Shown here: positions 1 through 8,878 of the stretch, piece after piece | How positions within the stretch are numbered: the stretch's first letter is position 1 | Layout of the letters: the number at the start of each line of letters is the position of its first letter | Source: an uncultured Chloroflexia bacterium | GTDB taxonomy: Bacteria > Chloroflexota > UBA6077 > JACCZL01 | Length of the DNA stretch: 64,000 bases | NCBI GenBank assembly: GCA_963765765.1 | Contig: CAVXYC010000002.1 | Coordinates: 32,001 to 96,000 of the forward strand | Direction: 5' to 3' | Made by a program: the position numbers and the translations under genes | Notes under the pieces: generated by a model | Told to the model about the DNA's origin: nothing | Seen by the model: the letters and a program-made list of their open reading frames with translations, nothing else | The model's database searches: none

Positions 1-876
1 TCTGGACCTGCTGGATACGGTGCTGGCCGAGGATCTGCCCGCCGGGCTCATCGTGGCGGATGGCGCCTATGGCGAGTGTGGCGCCTTCCGCCAGGGCCTG
101 GAGGACCGCGGCGTGCGGTACATTGTCGGCCTGATGGGCACCGAGAAGGTGACCACCGCGCCCCCCGTCTGGATCCGCCCGCGGCCCGGCGCGCCCATCC
201 GCGGGCCCATCTGGACCCAGCCGGGCCCCCGCCGGTGGCGGTGCGCGACCTGGCCGCGACGGTGCGCGCCGAGGCCGTCACCTGGACCACCGTCACCGGC
301 CCGCGCACCGGTCACTTCGCGGCGGTGCGGGTGTGGCCGATCCCCGGGTACATCAATGGCGTGCCGCTCGCGGATCTCGACCGGGGAACGGTCGGGCAGG
401 CCTGCTGGCTGCTGGTGCAGTGGCAATCGGACGGGAAAATCGTCTTAGCGCTCTCGAACCTGCCGCCGGCCACGCTGTTGGCGGAGGCCGTGGCCGGGCT
501 GGAAAGGGCGCTGGGACGTGGAGTGCGGCTATCGGCAGCTCAAGCAGGAGCTGGGCTTCGATCACTTCGAGGGCGCAGCTGGCGCGGCTTCCATCATCAT
601 GCGGCGCTGACCTTCCTGGCGTACGGGTTTCTGGCCCTGGAACGGGCCCGCCCAGCGGAGCCGCCGCCGGAGGATCCCCGGGGACCACCCCCCGAATCGG
701 CGGCGGAGCCACCCAGGGCGAGCCAGCGTTGGGGGAAGGGCGCCGCGTCGGCGCAGCCTCGGCAGCATCCGACGCGCCCTCCAAACGCTCCTCCACCCAA
801 CCCCGCCCGGTCTTCGTCTGTCCCCACTGCCGCCACGCCGTCGGCTTTACCTAACACGACTTAACGGAGTCCTATT
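1..876 (+). mobile_element. IS701-family transposase, 3' part (truncated by window start; frameshifted)
   Basis: Frames 20..448, 76..864 and 333..854 join to give VADGAYG...FRQGLEDRGVRYIVG, LSNLP, GRSWRGFHHHAALTFLAYGFL and a C-terminal CPHC, all typical of IS701 DDE transposases. The segment is visibly more GC-rich than its flank. The right end is approximate. Confidence 0.85.
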
Positions 877-1013
877 CAGCGCTTTTCCGCGCGAAGAGGA
901 CTAGCGAGCGCAGCGATGCGGCTCGCAAGTGGGTAAGTTCTTGCACTAGCCTTGCGGGTCCGGACGAAGTGGGGACTCTTGAAAAAGTGCTGAGCGCTCA
1001 GCCCAGAAGCTGA

Positions 1014-2027
1014 TCAAATGAGCTCTTCCGTGATCAGGATCTCCTCGGGAAAGATCTCGTCATAACGCTGCTTCCGCTCGGTGAGACCTTGTTCTACGGA
1101 GATCTGCTGTACGAAGTCGATGCCCGCGGCGTTGGCCTTCACGCCGTATGGGTGCGTATCAGCGCCGAAGATCTCGCGTTGCTCGGCAAGATCGGTGCTG
1201 GAGAACACGAGCAGGCGGGGCTGGATCGAATTCAGCCGCTGCTGGGCGATGCGCTTGGCCTTCTCAAAGGCGTTGAAAAGGCTGATCGCAACCCAGGGGT
1301 GCTCCTGCAGGATGCTATCTCGCACAGCCGTGGTGTGATGCGGTGAGTAGATGCCCGTCTTCTTGAAGTAGCGTATCGCCTCGGCTTTCGGGTCAGTGAA
1401 CAAGAGCGGAAACTCGGGATTCTTGGAGATATCCACGGTGCGCTCTCGATCCACCGCTCCGCCGGCGCCGTAGCCGATCGTCGCGTCGATCTCCCCATTC
1501 ATATACATCTCGTCGAAGCCCTTGGTGGCGTAATGGAACTCGAGGCCAGGGGCGGGCTTGAAACCGGTGGCGCCACCGTGGCTGTGCTTCTCGGGCCGCT
1601 CCTGATACCAGATCATGTCTTCCGGCTTGAGACCGAACTCATGCTGCAGAACGCCGCGCGTCCAGAGCGCCGCGGTCTGCTGGTAGTCACCAGTGCCAAT
1701 GCGTTTGCCGCGGAGGTCTTCAGGGTGATCGCGACGGATACCTGATCCCAATCGGATCACCAGCCGCGTGTAGGAGAACTGGCGATTGTGAAACACCGGC
1801 AGGATTCGATAGCCCCAACCCTGCGGCCTCGCGCGTAGGAACGATGAGAACGACATCTCCGACACGTCATATCGGCTGAACTTCAACTGGTCATAGAAGA
1901 CGCCGGGAACGAGACCGGGCATCCCCTGGTACTCGAGCGTGATGCCATCCGGCTTCACTTCGCCGGTGATCAGCGGCATGACGTAGTCGTACTCCGTCAT
2001 CGCAAACGAGAGCTTCAAATCGGACAT
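1014..2027 (-). CDS. 4,5-dihydroxyphthalate decarboxylase-like protein (periplasmic-binding-protein fold)
   Basis: Motifs YDVSEMSFSSF, LPVF, DLRGKRIG..YQQTAALWTRGVLQHEFG, HPWVAISLFNAFEKAK and HPYGV.AN; lies directly downstream of a Rieske oxygenase. Confidence 0.8.
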   Translation of the reverse strand: MSDLKLSFAMTEYDYVMPLITGEVKPDGITLEYQGMPGLVPGVFYDQLKFSRYDVSEMSFSSFLRARPQGWGYRILPVFHNRQFSYTRLVIRLGSGIRRDHPEDLRGKRIGTGDYQQTAALWTRGVLQHEFGLKPEDMIWYQERPEKHSHGGATGFKPAPGLEFHYATKGFDEMYMNGEIDATIGYGAGGAVDRERTVDISKNPEFPLLFTDPKAEAIRYFKKTGIYSPHHTTAVRDSILQEHPWVAISLFNAFEKAKRIAQQRLNSIQPRLLVFSSTDLAEQREIFGADTHPYGVKANAAGIDFVQQISVEQGLTERKQRYDEIFPEEILITEELI

Positions 2028-2054
2028 CGGTGTCCCTCCTTCTCTTCTCCCGGG

Positions 2055-3338
2055 TCAAACAACGAGCGCTTCGGCGTTTTCCTGAAGGAAGCGCTCGAAA
2101 TCAGGCTCATCGCTGATCGCATCGTACGATCGCACTCGGTACATTCCGCCGTCGTACGGCGCCTTGGGAACGATCCCGCGCTCCAGCTCCCGCGCCATCT
2201 GGATAAGGCGGCGGCGGAGTGCAATAATCGCGGTATCGGTGGTGCCGAGATGCTCCTTGGCGCGGTCCACCACCGTGCCCATCGTCTCGGTCATGGCCAG
2301 GTCCTGGTTTTGCGCACCGTGGAGCATGCCCGTGTAATTGCGGGTGCGCTGCATCTCGCGATCCAACCCGTAGTCGTTCTGACGTCCATAGACGGGAATA
2401 CCGGTGTCGATCATTGTCCCGTCAGGGAACTGGAACCTCTCCCAGCTCGTCTGCACGTGTGCGCCCCAGCCACCTCTGGGACTGTTCTGCCCATCGGTAA
2501 TCTGCGCTTCAGGATGACAGAGATAACTGAAGACAGACGTGTGGTGGTCATCCATCGGGATGTAAAGCCGACCGTTGAATGGGTACTGGCGCGAGGCGAT
2601 GATCGAGTTGGACGGCAAGAGCCACTGCGTCAATCGCCAGACGAAGTGGCCGTCGATCGTCTGGTATCGGCCACCGTAGACCATGCCGTACTCAGTCTGT
2701 TTGGCGGCGATTCTCGGCGACTTGTCCTTCATCACGTCCAGGCGACGGGACGCCTGCTGCAGAGCCGGGTCCATGGCACTATGGAGAAACATGCTGTGGG
2801 CGGTGTCGAAGTCCCCCTCCAGGACCTGCAGCCAATTCGAGCAGTTGAGCCATTGGGTTATGCTGCGATGCTCCTCGGCAACCTGAGTCCACTCGAGCTG
2901 CGGAAGCTCTGGCGTGCGGTCGGACGGGCCCATATAGATCCAGATCAGTCCGCCGTGCTCAGCCGACGGGTACGCCGTCACGCGTACCTTGTGCTTGAAG
3001 TTGCTTTCCGGCGGCTCATTGGGCATGTCCACGCATGCGCCCGTGGCATCGAACTTCCAGCCGTGATAGACGCATCGCAGCCCTTCTTCCTCGTTGCGTC
3101 CGAAGAAGAGCGCCGCTCCCCGATGTGGACAGTGCTTCTGAACGAAGCCGACTTTTCCCGTCGAGTCGCGGAAGGCCACGAGGTCCTCACCCAGGATGCG
3201 CAGACGCACCGGCGGGCCGTCTGGCTCGCTGAGCTTGTCCGGCATGAGCGCCGGCAGCCAGAACAGCCGGAAGAGATTCCCCATGGGCGTGCCCGGACCG
3301 ACCTGCGATACGAGCTTGTTGTCTTCGTGCGAGAGCAT
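2055..3338 (-). CDS. Rieske non-heme iron oxygenase alpha subunit (phthalate 4,5-dioxygenase-like)
   Basis: Rieske motifs CPHRG and CVYHGWKFD; Fe ligands D..H....H; C-terminal EHLGTTD.AII..RRRL; start MLSHEDN at 3338. Confidence 0.9.
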   Translation of the reverse strand: MLSHEDNKLVSQVGPGTPMGNLFRLFWLPALMPDKLSEPDGPPVRLRILGEDLVAFRDSTGKVGFVQKHCPHRGAALFFGRNEEEGLRCVYHGWKFDATGACVDMPNEPPESNFKHKVRVTAYPSAEHGGLIWIYMGPSDRTPELPQLEWTQVAEEHRSITQWLNCSNWLQVLEGDFDTAHSMFLHSAMDPALQQASRRLDVMKDKSPRIAAKQTEYGMVYGGRYQTIDGHFVWRLTQWLLPSNSIIASRQYPFNGRLYIPMDDHHTSVFSYLCHPEAQITDGQNSPRGGWGAHVQTSWERFQFPDGTMIDTGIPVYGRQNDYGLDREMQRTRNYTGMLHGAQNQDLAMTETMGTVVDRAKEHLGTTDTAIIALRRRLIQMARELERGIVPKAPYDGGMYRVRSYDAISDEPDFERFLQENAEALVV

Positions 3339-3410
3339 GCGTGGTCCTCCAAGTGGAAGCTTCGATGTTTCGCGAATCGCTGTCAAGGACGAGCATCGCC
3401 AGCACGCATC

Positions 3411-3510
3411 CTATCCGCAGATTCACGCAGATTTTCCCAGATAGGCGAATGGTTTAAGCCTTTGAATCAACGTCGCGAACCCCACTCTATCCGTGCAAAT
3501 CTGCGGATAG
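3411..3510. repeat. Intergenic inverted repeat (CGCAGAT-type REP-like element)
   Basis: ctatccgcagatt (3411-3423) pairs with aatctgcggatag (3498-3510), with internal cgcagat/ccagat reiterations. Confidence 0.65.
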
Positions 3511-3523
3511 CGAGTCTTTGAGC

Positions 3524-3554
3524 TTGACACTAACGTAACGTCACCTTTTAGGCT
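3524..3554 (+). promoter_or_regulatory. MerR-type promoter: TTGACA - 19 bp - TAGGCT with operator in spacer
   Basis: TTGACA 3524-3529, spacer ctaacgtaacgtcaccttt (19 nt, ACGT-N-ACGT dyad as in TipA/Mta promoters), TAGGCT 3549-3554; directly upstream of a MerR gene. Confidence 0.8.
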
Positions 3555-3574
3555 GACGTGGAAAGGAGGATGCT

Positions 3575-4393
3575 CTGGATCACAGGTACTGGCAGACTGG
3601 TGAGCTGGCGCGGCTCACTGCGGTCTCTATTCGCACCTTGCGCTTTTACGATCAGATGGGCTTGCTCAAGCCGTCCACGCGGTCAGAGGCAGGCTATCGT
3701 CTGTATCAGCAAGGCGACCTCGCGCGGCTTCAGCAGATTCTGGCGCTGAAGTTTCTGGGGTTCAGTTTGACGGAGATCAAAGCGTTTCTCGGCGCGTCGC
3801 CCGTGGAGCTCCACGATGCGCTCGAGCAACAAAGGCACATGCTTCAAGAGCGACGTCGCCAGATCGATGGCGTACTAGAGGCAATTAAGAGAGCTCAGCT
3901 TGCCATGCGATCGAACGGTAAGCCGTGGGACTCCGTCGTAGATGTGATCAGGGCGATTCAAATGAGTCAAAACGAAGACTGGCAATCAAAATACTTCACC
4001 GATGAGCAGCGTCGCGTCATGGAAGACTTGAGCAAAGGCGCCTACACGCCCGAGGCAAAGGCCGCCATGGACACGCGACCCATATGGACAGAAGATGATC
4101 AGAAGCGGGTCGATGCTCAGTACGCCGCGCTCTACGATGGTGTGAAGCAGGCGGTTGCTGGCGGTGAGACTCCAGAAGGACCTCGAGGCCAAGAGCTAGC
4201 CGGTCAAGCCATCGGCTTGATCGAGGCGTTCACCCAGGGCAACCCGGCCATTGCGGCCGGATTGCAAAAGTTCTGGGAAGCGCATCAGCAACTTCCGCGT
4301 GAGCAGCGCCCGGTGCAGATCCCTCTTACAGAGGAGGAAGAAGCATTCTTGAACCGAGCGAAGCAGGTCTTTCAAGAGCGACGCGCGGGTTGA
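3575..4393 (+). CDS. MerR-family transcriptional regulator with TipAS-like effector domain
   Basis: In-frame extension from CTG 3575 (5 nt after AAAGGAGG) gives DHRYWQTGELARLTAVSIRTLRFYDQMGLLKP..GYRLY; TipAS-like C-terminus (FTQGNP..AAGL..FW). Confidence 0.88.
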   Translation: MDHRYWQTGELARLTAVSIRTLRFYDQMGLLKPSTRSEAGYRLYQQGDLARLQQILALKFLGFSLTEIKAFLGASPVELHDALEQQRHMLQERRRQIDGVLEAIKRAQLAMRSNGKPWDSVVDVIRAIQMSQNEDWQSKYFTDEQRRVMEDLSKGAYTPEAKAAMDTRPIWTEDDQKRVDAQYAALYDGVKQAVAGGETPEGPRGQELAGQAIGLIEAFTQGNPAIAAGLQKFWEAHQQLPREQRPVQIPLTEEEEAFLNRAKQVFQERRAG

Positions 4394-4408
4394 ACTCCTA
4401 ACTATTGA

Positions 4409-4503
4409 TCCGTAGCTACGGGCTTCCCGCCCGAACGCGTAGCGGGGCTCCTCGAGGAAGATTCCGGCACTGCGCGAACGGGCTGGAAGCCCGTAGCTAC
4501 GGA
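4409..4503. repeat. GTAG-type REP doublet / inverted repeat
   Basis: tccgtagctacgggcttcc (4409-4427) is the exact reverse complement of 4485-4503; lies between convergent genes. Confidence 0.75.
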
Positions 4504-4580
4504 ATGCTGAACAGACGAGGCGGCGCTGAGGCCCCACGAGGTGATGGCGGGTACGGAGACCCGCACCACAACCCAGATCG

Positions 4581-4919
4581 CTAATCTTGCAGCGGAATCG
4601 TGGCCACTACGCACGGCTCATTGCCGTATGTGGCTGTGGTGTGGCCTTTGCCCACGGTGTCCTCTACAAGGCGGGCATCTCCCGGGCCGAAAACGCGCTT
4701 GGTTCCGTCCTCGAAGCCGATCTCGAGCTGACCTGAGACGATGATGACGAACTGGCGGCGCGGCGCCGGATGCCAGTCCAGGAACGTGCCGACTGGGTGC
4801 GCTTTGAAATCAATGCTTTTGGCTGCCCGCGGCTGGTTGAACTCCGGGATGTTCACTACGTCGAGCTCTTCGAGACGACAAACCTTATTCTCATCGGCGT
4901 ACATGCGGTAACTGGGCAT
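4581..4919 (-). CDS. Small cupin-domain protein
   Basis: MPSYRMYADE...WHPAPRRQFVIIVSGQLEI..DG.KRVFGPGD..LVEDTVGKGH cupin motifs; RBS GGAGGA upstream. Confidence 0.8.
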   Translation of the reverse strand: MPSYRMYADENKVCRLEELDVVNIPEFNQPRAAKSIDFKAHPVGTFLDWHPAPRRQFVIIVSGQLEIGFEDGTKRVFGPGDARLVEDTVGKGHTTATYGNEPCVVATIPLQD

Positions 4920-5027
4920 TCCATATTCCTCCAAATGGTCGATTGAATCTGGCGACGCCCGCAAGCTTACCGTGCAGAGCGCAGAGTGTGAACGGCTGAG
5001 CGACAAGGGAATGCGGATTGAAGCCAT

Positions 5028-5103
5028 GGTGGGACAGGCCCCATGCCTGTCCAGTGAATGGGTAGTCGATCCGCAACTGGACAGGCGAGACGCCTGCCCC
5101 ACC
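5028..5103. repeat. GGTGGGACAGG-type REP doublet
   Basis: ggtgggacaggc..gcctgtcc ... ggacaggcgagacgcctgccccacc; same family at 14259 and 54230. Confidence 0.75.
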
Positions 5104-5179
5104 GAATCACGGGGGCGATTTGCCGATCTTGTCTAGACGGGCTGCTCGGTAAACTCTGGACGGCGGCGAGTTTTCATCT

Positions 5180-5800
5180 TTATTGTTTATCTATCTGCGG
5201 TCGCTCAGCAATATATCGCAAGATCGGATTCGCTGATATATCCCAATTGCGAGATGCATGGCAATAAATACGCACGAATCCAACAAATAGAATATAGCCG
5301 ACTGCGACACCAACTGTATTGAATATCACATCATTGATGTCGGCAACCCGGAAGGTAATTTTCGCCATGAATCCCGTTATCAGCTGCAGGAACTCTATAC
5401 TTATACTAAAGAGCATGCCAATAACAACAACCTTTCCCATGCGAAAGTTCGTAATAAACGGCAGTCCGAAGCCTAAAGGAATGAGAAGCAGAATATTTAA
5501 AAGCGAGGTTTTCATATCTTGATGAGTGAGTGTGATAAGCGGAATGAGATTCATGCTTTCCCCAACCGTTTGACCTTGCAGGATAAGATTGGGCATAAAA
5601 TACTTTAGAAGTAATAGAGACTGAAATTGAAATAGTGTGTAATCCAGAACCTTAAATATGTAGACGTATAATATAGTGAAGAATACCAAATATACGAGAT
5701 TATTCTTCCGCCTCTTCAATCGAAGAAATGAGATAATACCGATCCAAGTCAATCCAAAAAGAAGTACAGTCAATAAATCAAAATACGTTACAAATGCCAC
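5180..5800 (-). CDS. VanZ-family membrane protein (AT-rich)
   Basis: NLIPL, LNILLLIPLGFGLP, SISIEFLQL and RVADINDVIFNTVG are VanZ motifs; markedly AT-rich relative to flanks. Confidence 0.85.
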   Translation of the reverse strand: MAFVTYFDLLTVLLFGLTWIGIISFLRLKRRKNNLVYLVFFTILYVYIFKVLDYTLFQFQSLLLLKYFMPNLILQGQTVGESMNLIPLITLTHQDMKTSLLNILLLIPLGFGLPFITNFRMGKVVVIGMLFSISIEFLQLITGFMAKITFRVADINDVIFNTVGVAVGYILFVGFVRIYCHASRNWDISANPILRYIAERPQIDKQ

Positions 5801-6165
5801 AGACTAACAGTTTCATCCAAATAATTATAGTAAGTCTACTGAACTAGGAGGAGCCGCAGATCCTTCAACTCAAGACCTGCGTCAGGGCCAAACCCAAGGT
5901 TGCTGGTGGAGGCTCCCCAAGCACCGCGACATGGTACCCGGTCTCGAGCAAAAGCCGATACACCGAAAGGTCCATCCGACGATGGCTGAGGATAAGTGTT
6001 GGGCCTGCACATAGGTGCGCCGCGATGAAGCTCACCGTCGAAACGAGCCACTCTCAGATAGGCAGGTGCGGATTGAGATTGTGATCGGTGTCACGTTGGT
6101 CAGATATGTAAGAAATGTCCGGTATGGCCCACATATCCGACATGTATGAGGAAGACATCCAACTT

Positions 6166-6390
6166 CTACATATGCTGATCGGCGATAAGTGGATCCAGAA
6201 ACTCCCGCGGACTAACAAGTTGCACGCCTTTATAGCTGGGCGCTTGTCGCCTGAACCGTTCGGCTCCGGTCACCAGGGATTGAGCCGGGGAAGAGACCGC
6301 AATGGCCAAAACAACATCATCTTCTGGATGGGTAGCCACTTCAGAAACCTGATCGGTGATCTGAGCGAGTTTGGCTCGACGTCGCAGCAA
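6166..6390 (-). pseudogene. C-terminal remnant of a PIN-domain (putative TA toxin) gene
   Basis: HPEDDVVLAIAV...LVTG......Y.GV.LVSPREFL matches the PIN C-terminus; no N-terminal DTN motif. Confidence 0.6.
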
Positions 6391-6443
6391 AAACCCGCTC
6401 GACCGTCTCCGAAGGGTCCTTTGTCTGGCCTACCATGGCGAAA

Positions 6444-6805
6444 TTACCAGCCATCTTGGCGATAACCAGGTGCCGCCAGCGGCGCCGTTGCCAGGATGCA
6501 CGGCAGGTCACCGTGCGTGCGGGTGGTGTGGCCTCGACCAGACGTGTCATCTGCCAGGAAGACGTCGCCAGGCGAGAAAGCTGTCTGGTGCCGTCCTCCA
6601 GGCCGATCTCTAGCTGCCCGGAATCAACGAAGACCACTTGTCTGCGCGGAGCCGGATGCAGATCCACCGTCCACCCCACCTCGTGCGTATTGAAATTGAT
6701 GGCCTTCGCCGCTCGCGGCTCGGTGGACTCTGGACTCCGAGTGAAATCCAGAGGTTCCAGCCGCGACACGCCGTCCGATCCCGAATAGAGTCGGTAGGGC
6801 GACAT
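6444..6805 (-). CDS. Small cupin-domain protein (paralog of 4581..4919; one frameshift)
   Basis: LHPAPRRQVVFVDSGQLEIGLEDG; the shifted frame continues FSPGDVFLADDTSGRGHTT to a stop near 6444. Confidence 0.75.
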
Positions 6806-6807
6806 TG

Positions 6808-7428
6808 CTATTGCCCATCAGCGATATTTGCACGTCGCTCGGCCCCGACTGTCTCCATCAAACGGACAAACATCTCGTAGGGCTGAGCTCCAACCACCGC
6901 GTATCCGCCAGCGACGAACGTGGGCACCCCTGTCACGCCAATCTGATGCGCTTCCTGGAATTGCTCAGTAACGACGTTCTGGTAACGCTTGTCCGCAAGG
7001 GCTTCTCGCAGATTCTCGCCATCCAGCCCAAGATCGTTAGCTATCTGCACCAGTACATCAGGCGATCCGATGTTGATGTTCTTTACGAAGTATGCGTCGT
7101 AAATGGCGTGGCGAAATTGCTCGCCGGCGCCCTGTTCACGGGCCCATTCGCTGGCCTCATGCGCCGGTTCGGAATCGAACCAATGCGTTCGCTCACCAAC
7201 CGGTAATCCAGCCTGATCCGCCATCCGCTGAAAGTTCTGTCCGCGCTGAGCACGGACTTCTGGCGGCCATGGGATCGGCTGACCCTCAGCGGGAATCCCA
7301 GGATGCAGGTCATACGCGCGCCATTCGATCTCAACGTCCCATTCACGTTGAAGCGTGTCGACCCGAGCCTGGCCGACGTAGCAGTACGGTCAAATAAAGT
7401 CGCTGTAGACGGTAAGTTTGGTGCTCAT
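6808..7428 (-). CDS. DsbA/FrnE-like thiol-disulfide oxidoreductase, probable selenoprotein (UxxC)
   Basis: ATG 7428 (GGAG upstream) reads MSTKLTVYSDFI-TGA-PYCYVG.. and stays in frame through YDLHPGIP..G to GVTGVPTFV..GAQPYE; 206 aa with readthrough. Confidence 0.85.
7357..7377 (-). promoter_or_regulatory. Candidate bacterial SECIS hairpin
   Basis: GUCGGCC-AGGCUCG-GGUCGAC stem-loop starting 12 nt after the in-frame UGA (7390-7392). Confidence 0.6.
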
Positions 7429-7551
7429 CTGGCGCTCCAAAAGCAGGATGGATGTATCGCTCCGAAGGATAGCACTCCCCTGCCCTGCCCGTTGCACTCA
7501 TCTGTGCTTGAACTTATCCTCTGCGTCAAGCGATTCGTGGAGCACTTGTAC

Positions 7552-7968
7552 ATGGCGTACTTTCTGGCGAAGACCGAGCCGCACGAGTATTCGATCGACG
7601 ATCTCGCGAAGGCCGGGACCGATGACTGGGACGGTGTGGCCAATCCCACGGCGGTCAATAATCTCAAGGCGATGGCTGATGGCGACTACGTGTTCATCTA
7701 TCACTCAGGCGAGCGCGCCATTGTGGGCCTGGCGCAGGTCGTGGGAGACGGTCGCCCCGATCCAGACCTGCCCAAGAGCTGGCTCTCGACGTTCAAGTTC
7801 GTTGAGAAGTACCCTGAGCCCGTTGCCACGCTCGGGGACATCAAGGCGTCCGGCGAGTTCAACGACTGGGCGCTGGTCCGTATGGGCCGACTCTCGGTCA
7901 TGCCTGTGCCGGAGTCATTCTTGACGTGGCTTGGGCAGCGTGGTGTAAAGCTGCCCAAGAGCGCGTAA
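7552..7968 (+). CDS. EVE domain protein
   Basis: MAYFLAKTEP.EYSIDDL...WDGV.N..A.NNL..M..GD.VFIYHSG; RLSVMPV. Confidence 0.9.
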   Translation: MAYFLAKTEPHEYSIDDLAKAGTDDWDGVANPTAVNNLKAMADGDYVFIYHSGERAIVGLAQVVGDGRPDPDLPKSWLSTFKFVEKYPEPVATLGDIKASGEFNDWALVRMGRLSVMPVPESFLTWLGQRGVKLPKSA

Positions 7969-7994
7969 GCTCGGGATTTTGGAGGGGACTCACC

Positions 7995-8867
7995 ATGACA
8001 GTCACGCCGGAGACGCCACAAATTCGGCCGACAGGTGCGATGCTGGGTGCGGAAATTACTGGGCTCGATCTTTCCCAACCGCTGACAGCTGAAGTAATCC
8101 AGATGGTTCAGCGGGCCTGGGATGATCACCTTGTGCTGCTTTTTCGTGACCAGGGCCTTGATGAGTCGGGTCTTCTCCAATTCGCTCGTCAGTTCGGCGA
8201 GCTCGACCTTCCCGGGCCAAATCCGTACGGCCGCACGCTGCTTCCTGACTTCCCGGAGCTGAACGTCGTCTCCAATGTCCTCGACGAGGCTGGCCAGCCT
8301 ATTGGGAACCTGGGCGATGGGGAGCTCGTCTGGCACGCGGACATGACCTACCAGGACGTGCCACCCAAAGGGGCGGTGCTCTCCGCCGTGGAGGTCCCCA
8401 CGGATGAGGGTGATACCTATTTCGCCAACATGATCGCGGCCTGCGCCGCGTTACCCGATCCCCTCCGCGAGGCAATTGAGGGCAAGCACGCCGTGCATGA
8501 CGCGGCCCACAATAGCGCCGGATTGCTGCGCAAAGGGTACGAGGAGCTGACTGATGTCACACTTACACCAGGCCCGCATCATCCTCTGGTGCACCGTGAC
8601 GCTCGCACTGGTCGGCAGGCACTCTTTCTTGGTCGGCGACCTCATGCATACATTCCCGGTCTTTCGGTGGCCGAAAGCGAATCATTGTTGGACCAGATCT
8701 GGGCTCATGCCAGCCGACCAGAGTTCGCCTGGCGACATCGCTGGCGACCCGGAGACGTGCTGATGTGGCAGAACCTCTGGGTACTGCATCGGCGAGACGC
8801 GTTCGACCCCGCCAGACGTCGCATTCTCCTTCGGGCTCAGATCCGAGGCGACCAATCGATTCAGTAG
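7995..8867 (+). CDS. TauD/TfdA-family Fe(II)/2-oxoglutarate dioxygenase
   Basis: GAEITGLDL, WHADMTY (HxD), GDTYFANM, HPLV, HRWRPGD.LMW.N..VLHRR. Confidence 0.9.
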   Translation: MTVTPETPQIRPTGAMLGAEITGLDLSQPLTAEVIQMVQRAWDDHLVLLFRDQGLDESGLLQFARQFGELDLPGPNPYGRTLLPDFPELNVVSNVLDEAGQPIGNLGDGELVWHADMTYQDVPPKGAVLSAVEVPTDEGDTYFANMIAACAALPDPLREAIEGKHAVHDAAHNSAGLLRKGYEELTDVTLTPGPHHPLVHRDARTGRQALFLGRRPHAYIPGLSVAESESLLDQIWAHASRPEFAWRHRWRPGDVLMWQNLWVLHRRDAFDPARRRILLRAQIRGDQSIQ

Positions 8868-8878
8868 GATCGCCTGCT

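Noticed and set aside
2250-3521. 423-aa plus-strand ORF and similar long antisense ORFs (e.g. 53808..54674, 54373..55392, 49318..50085)
   Set aside because: Shadow frames of well-supported opposite-strand genes in GC-rich DNA; no motifs.
5795-5850. Integron cassette (attC) explanation for the VanZ gene
   Set aside because: A GTTAGTC lies just before the start, but there is no RYYYAAC...GTTRRRY attC on either side and no integrase in the window.
5868-5975. Short minus-strand frame MDLSVYRLLLETGYHVAVLGEPP
   Set aside because: Protein-like but too short, with no RBS or family match that I can support.
7303-7551. N-terminal extension of the EVE protein
   Set aside because: It overlaps the divergent DsbA-like gene; the family starts at MAYFL (7552).
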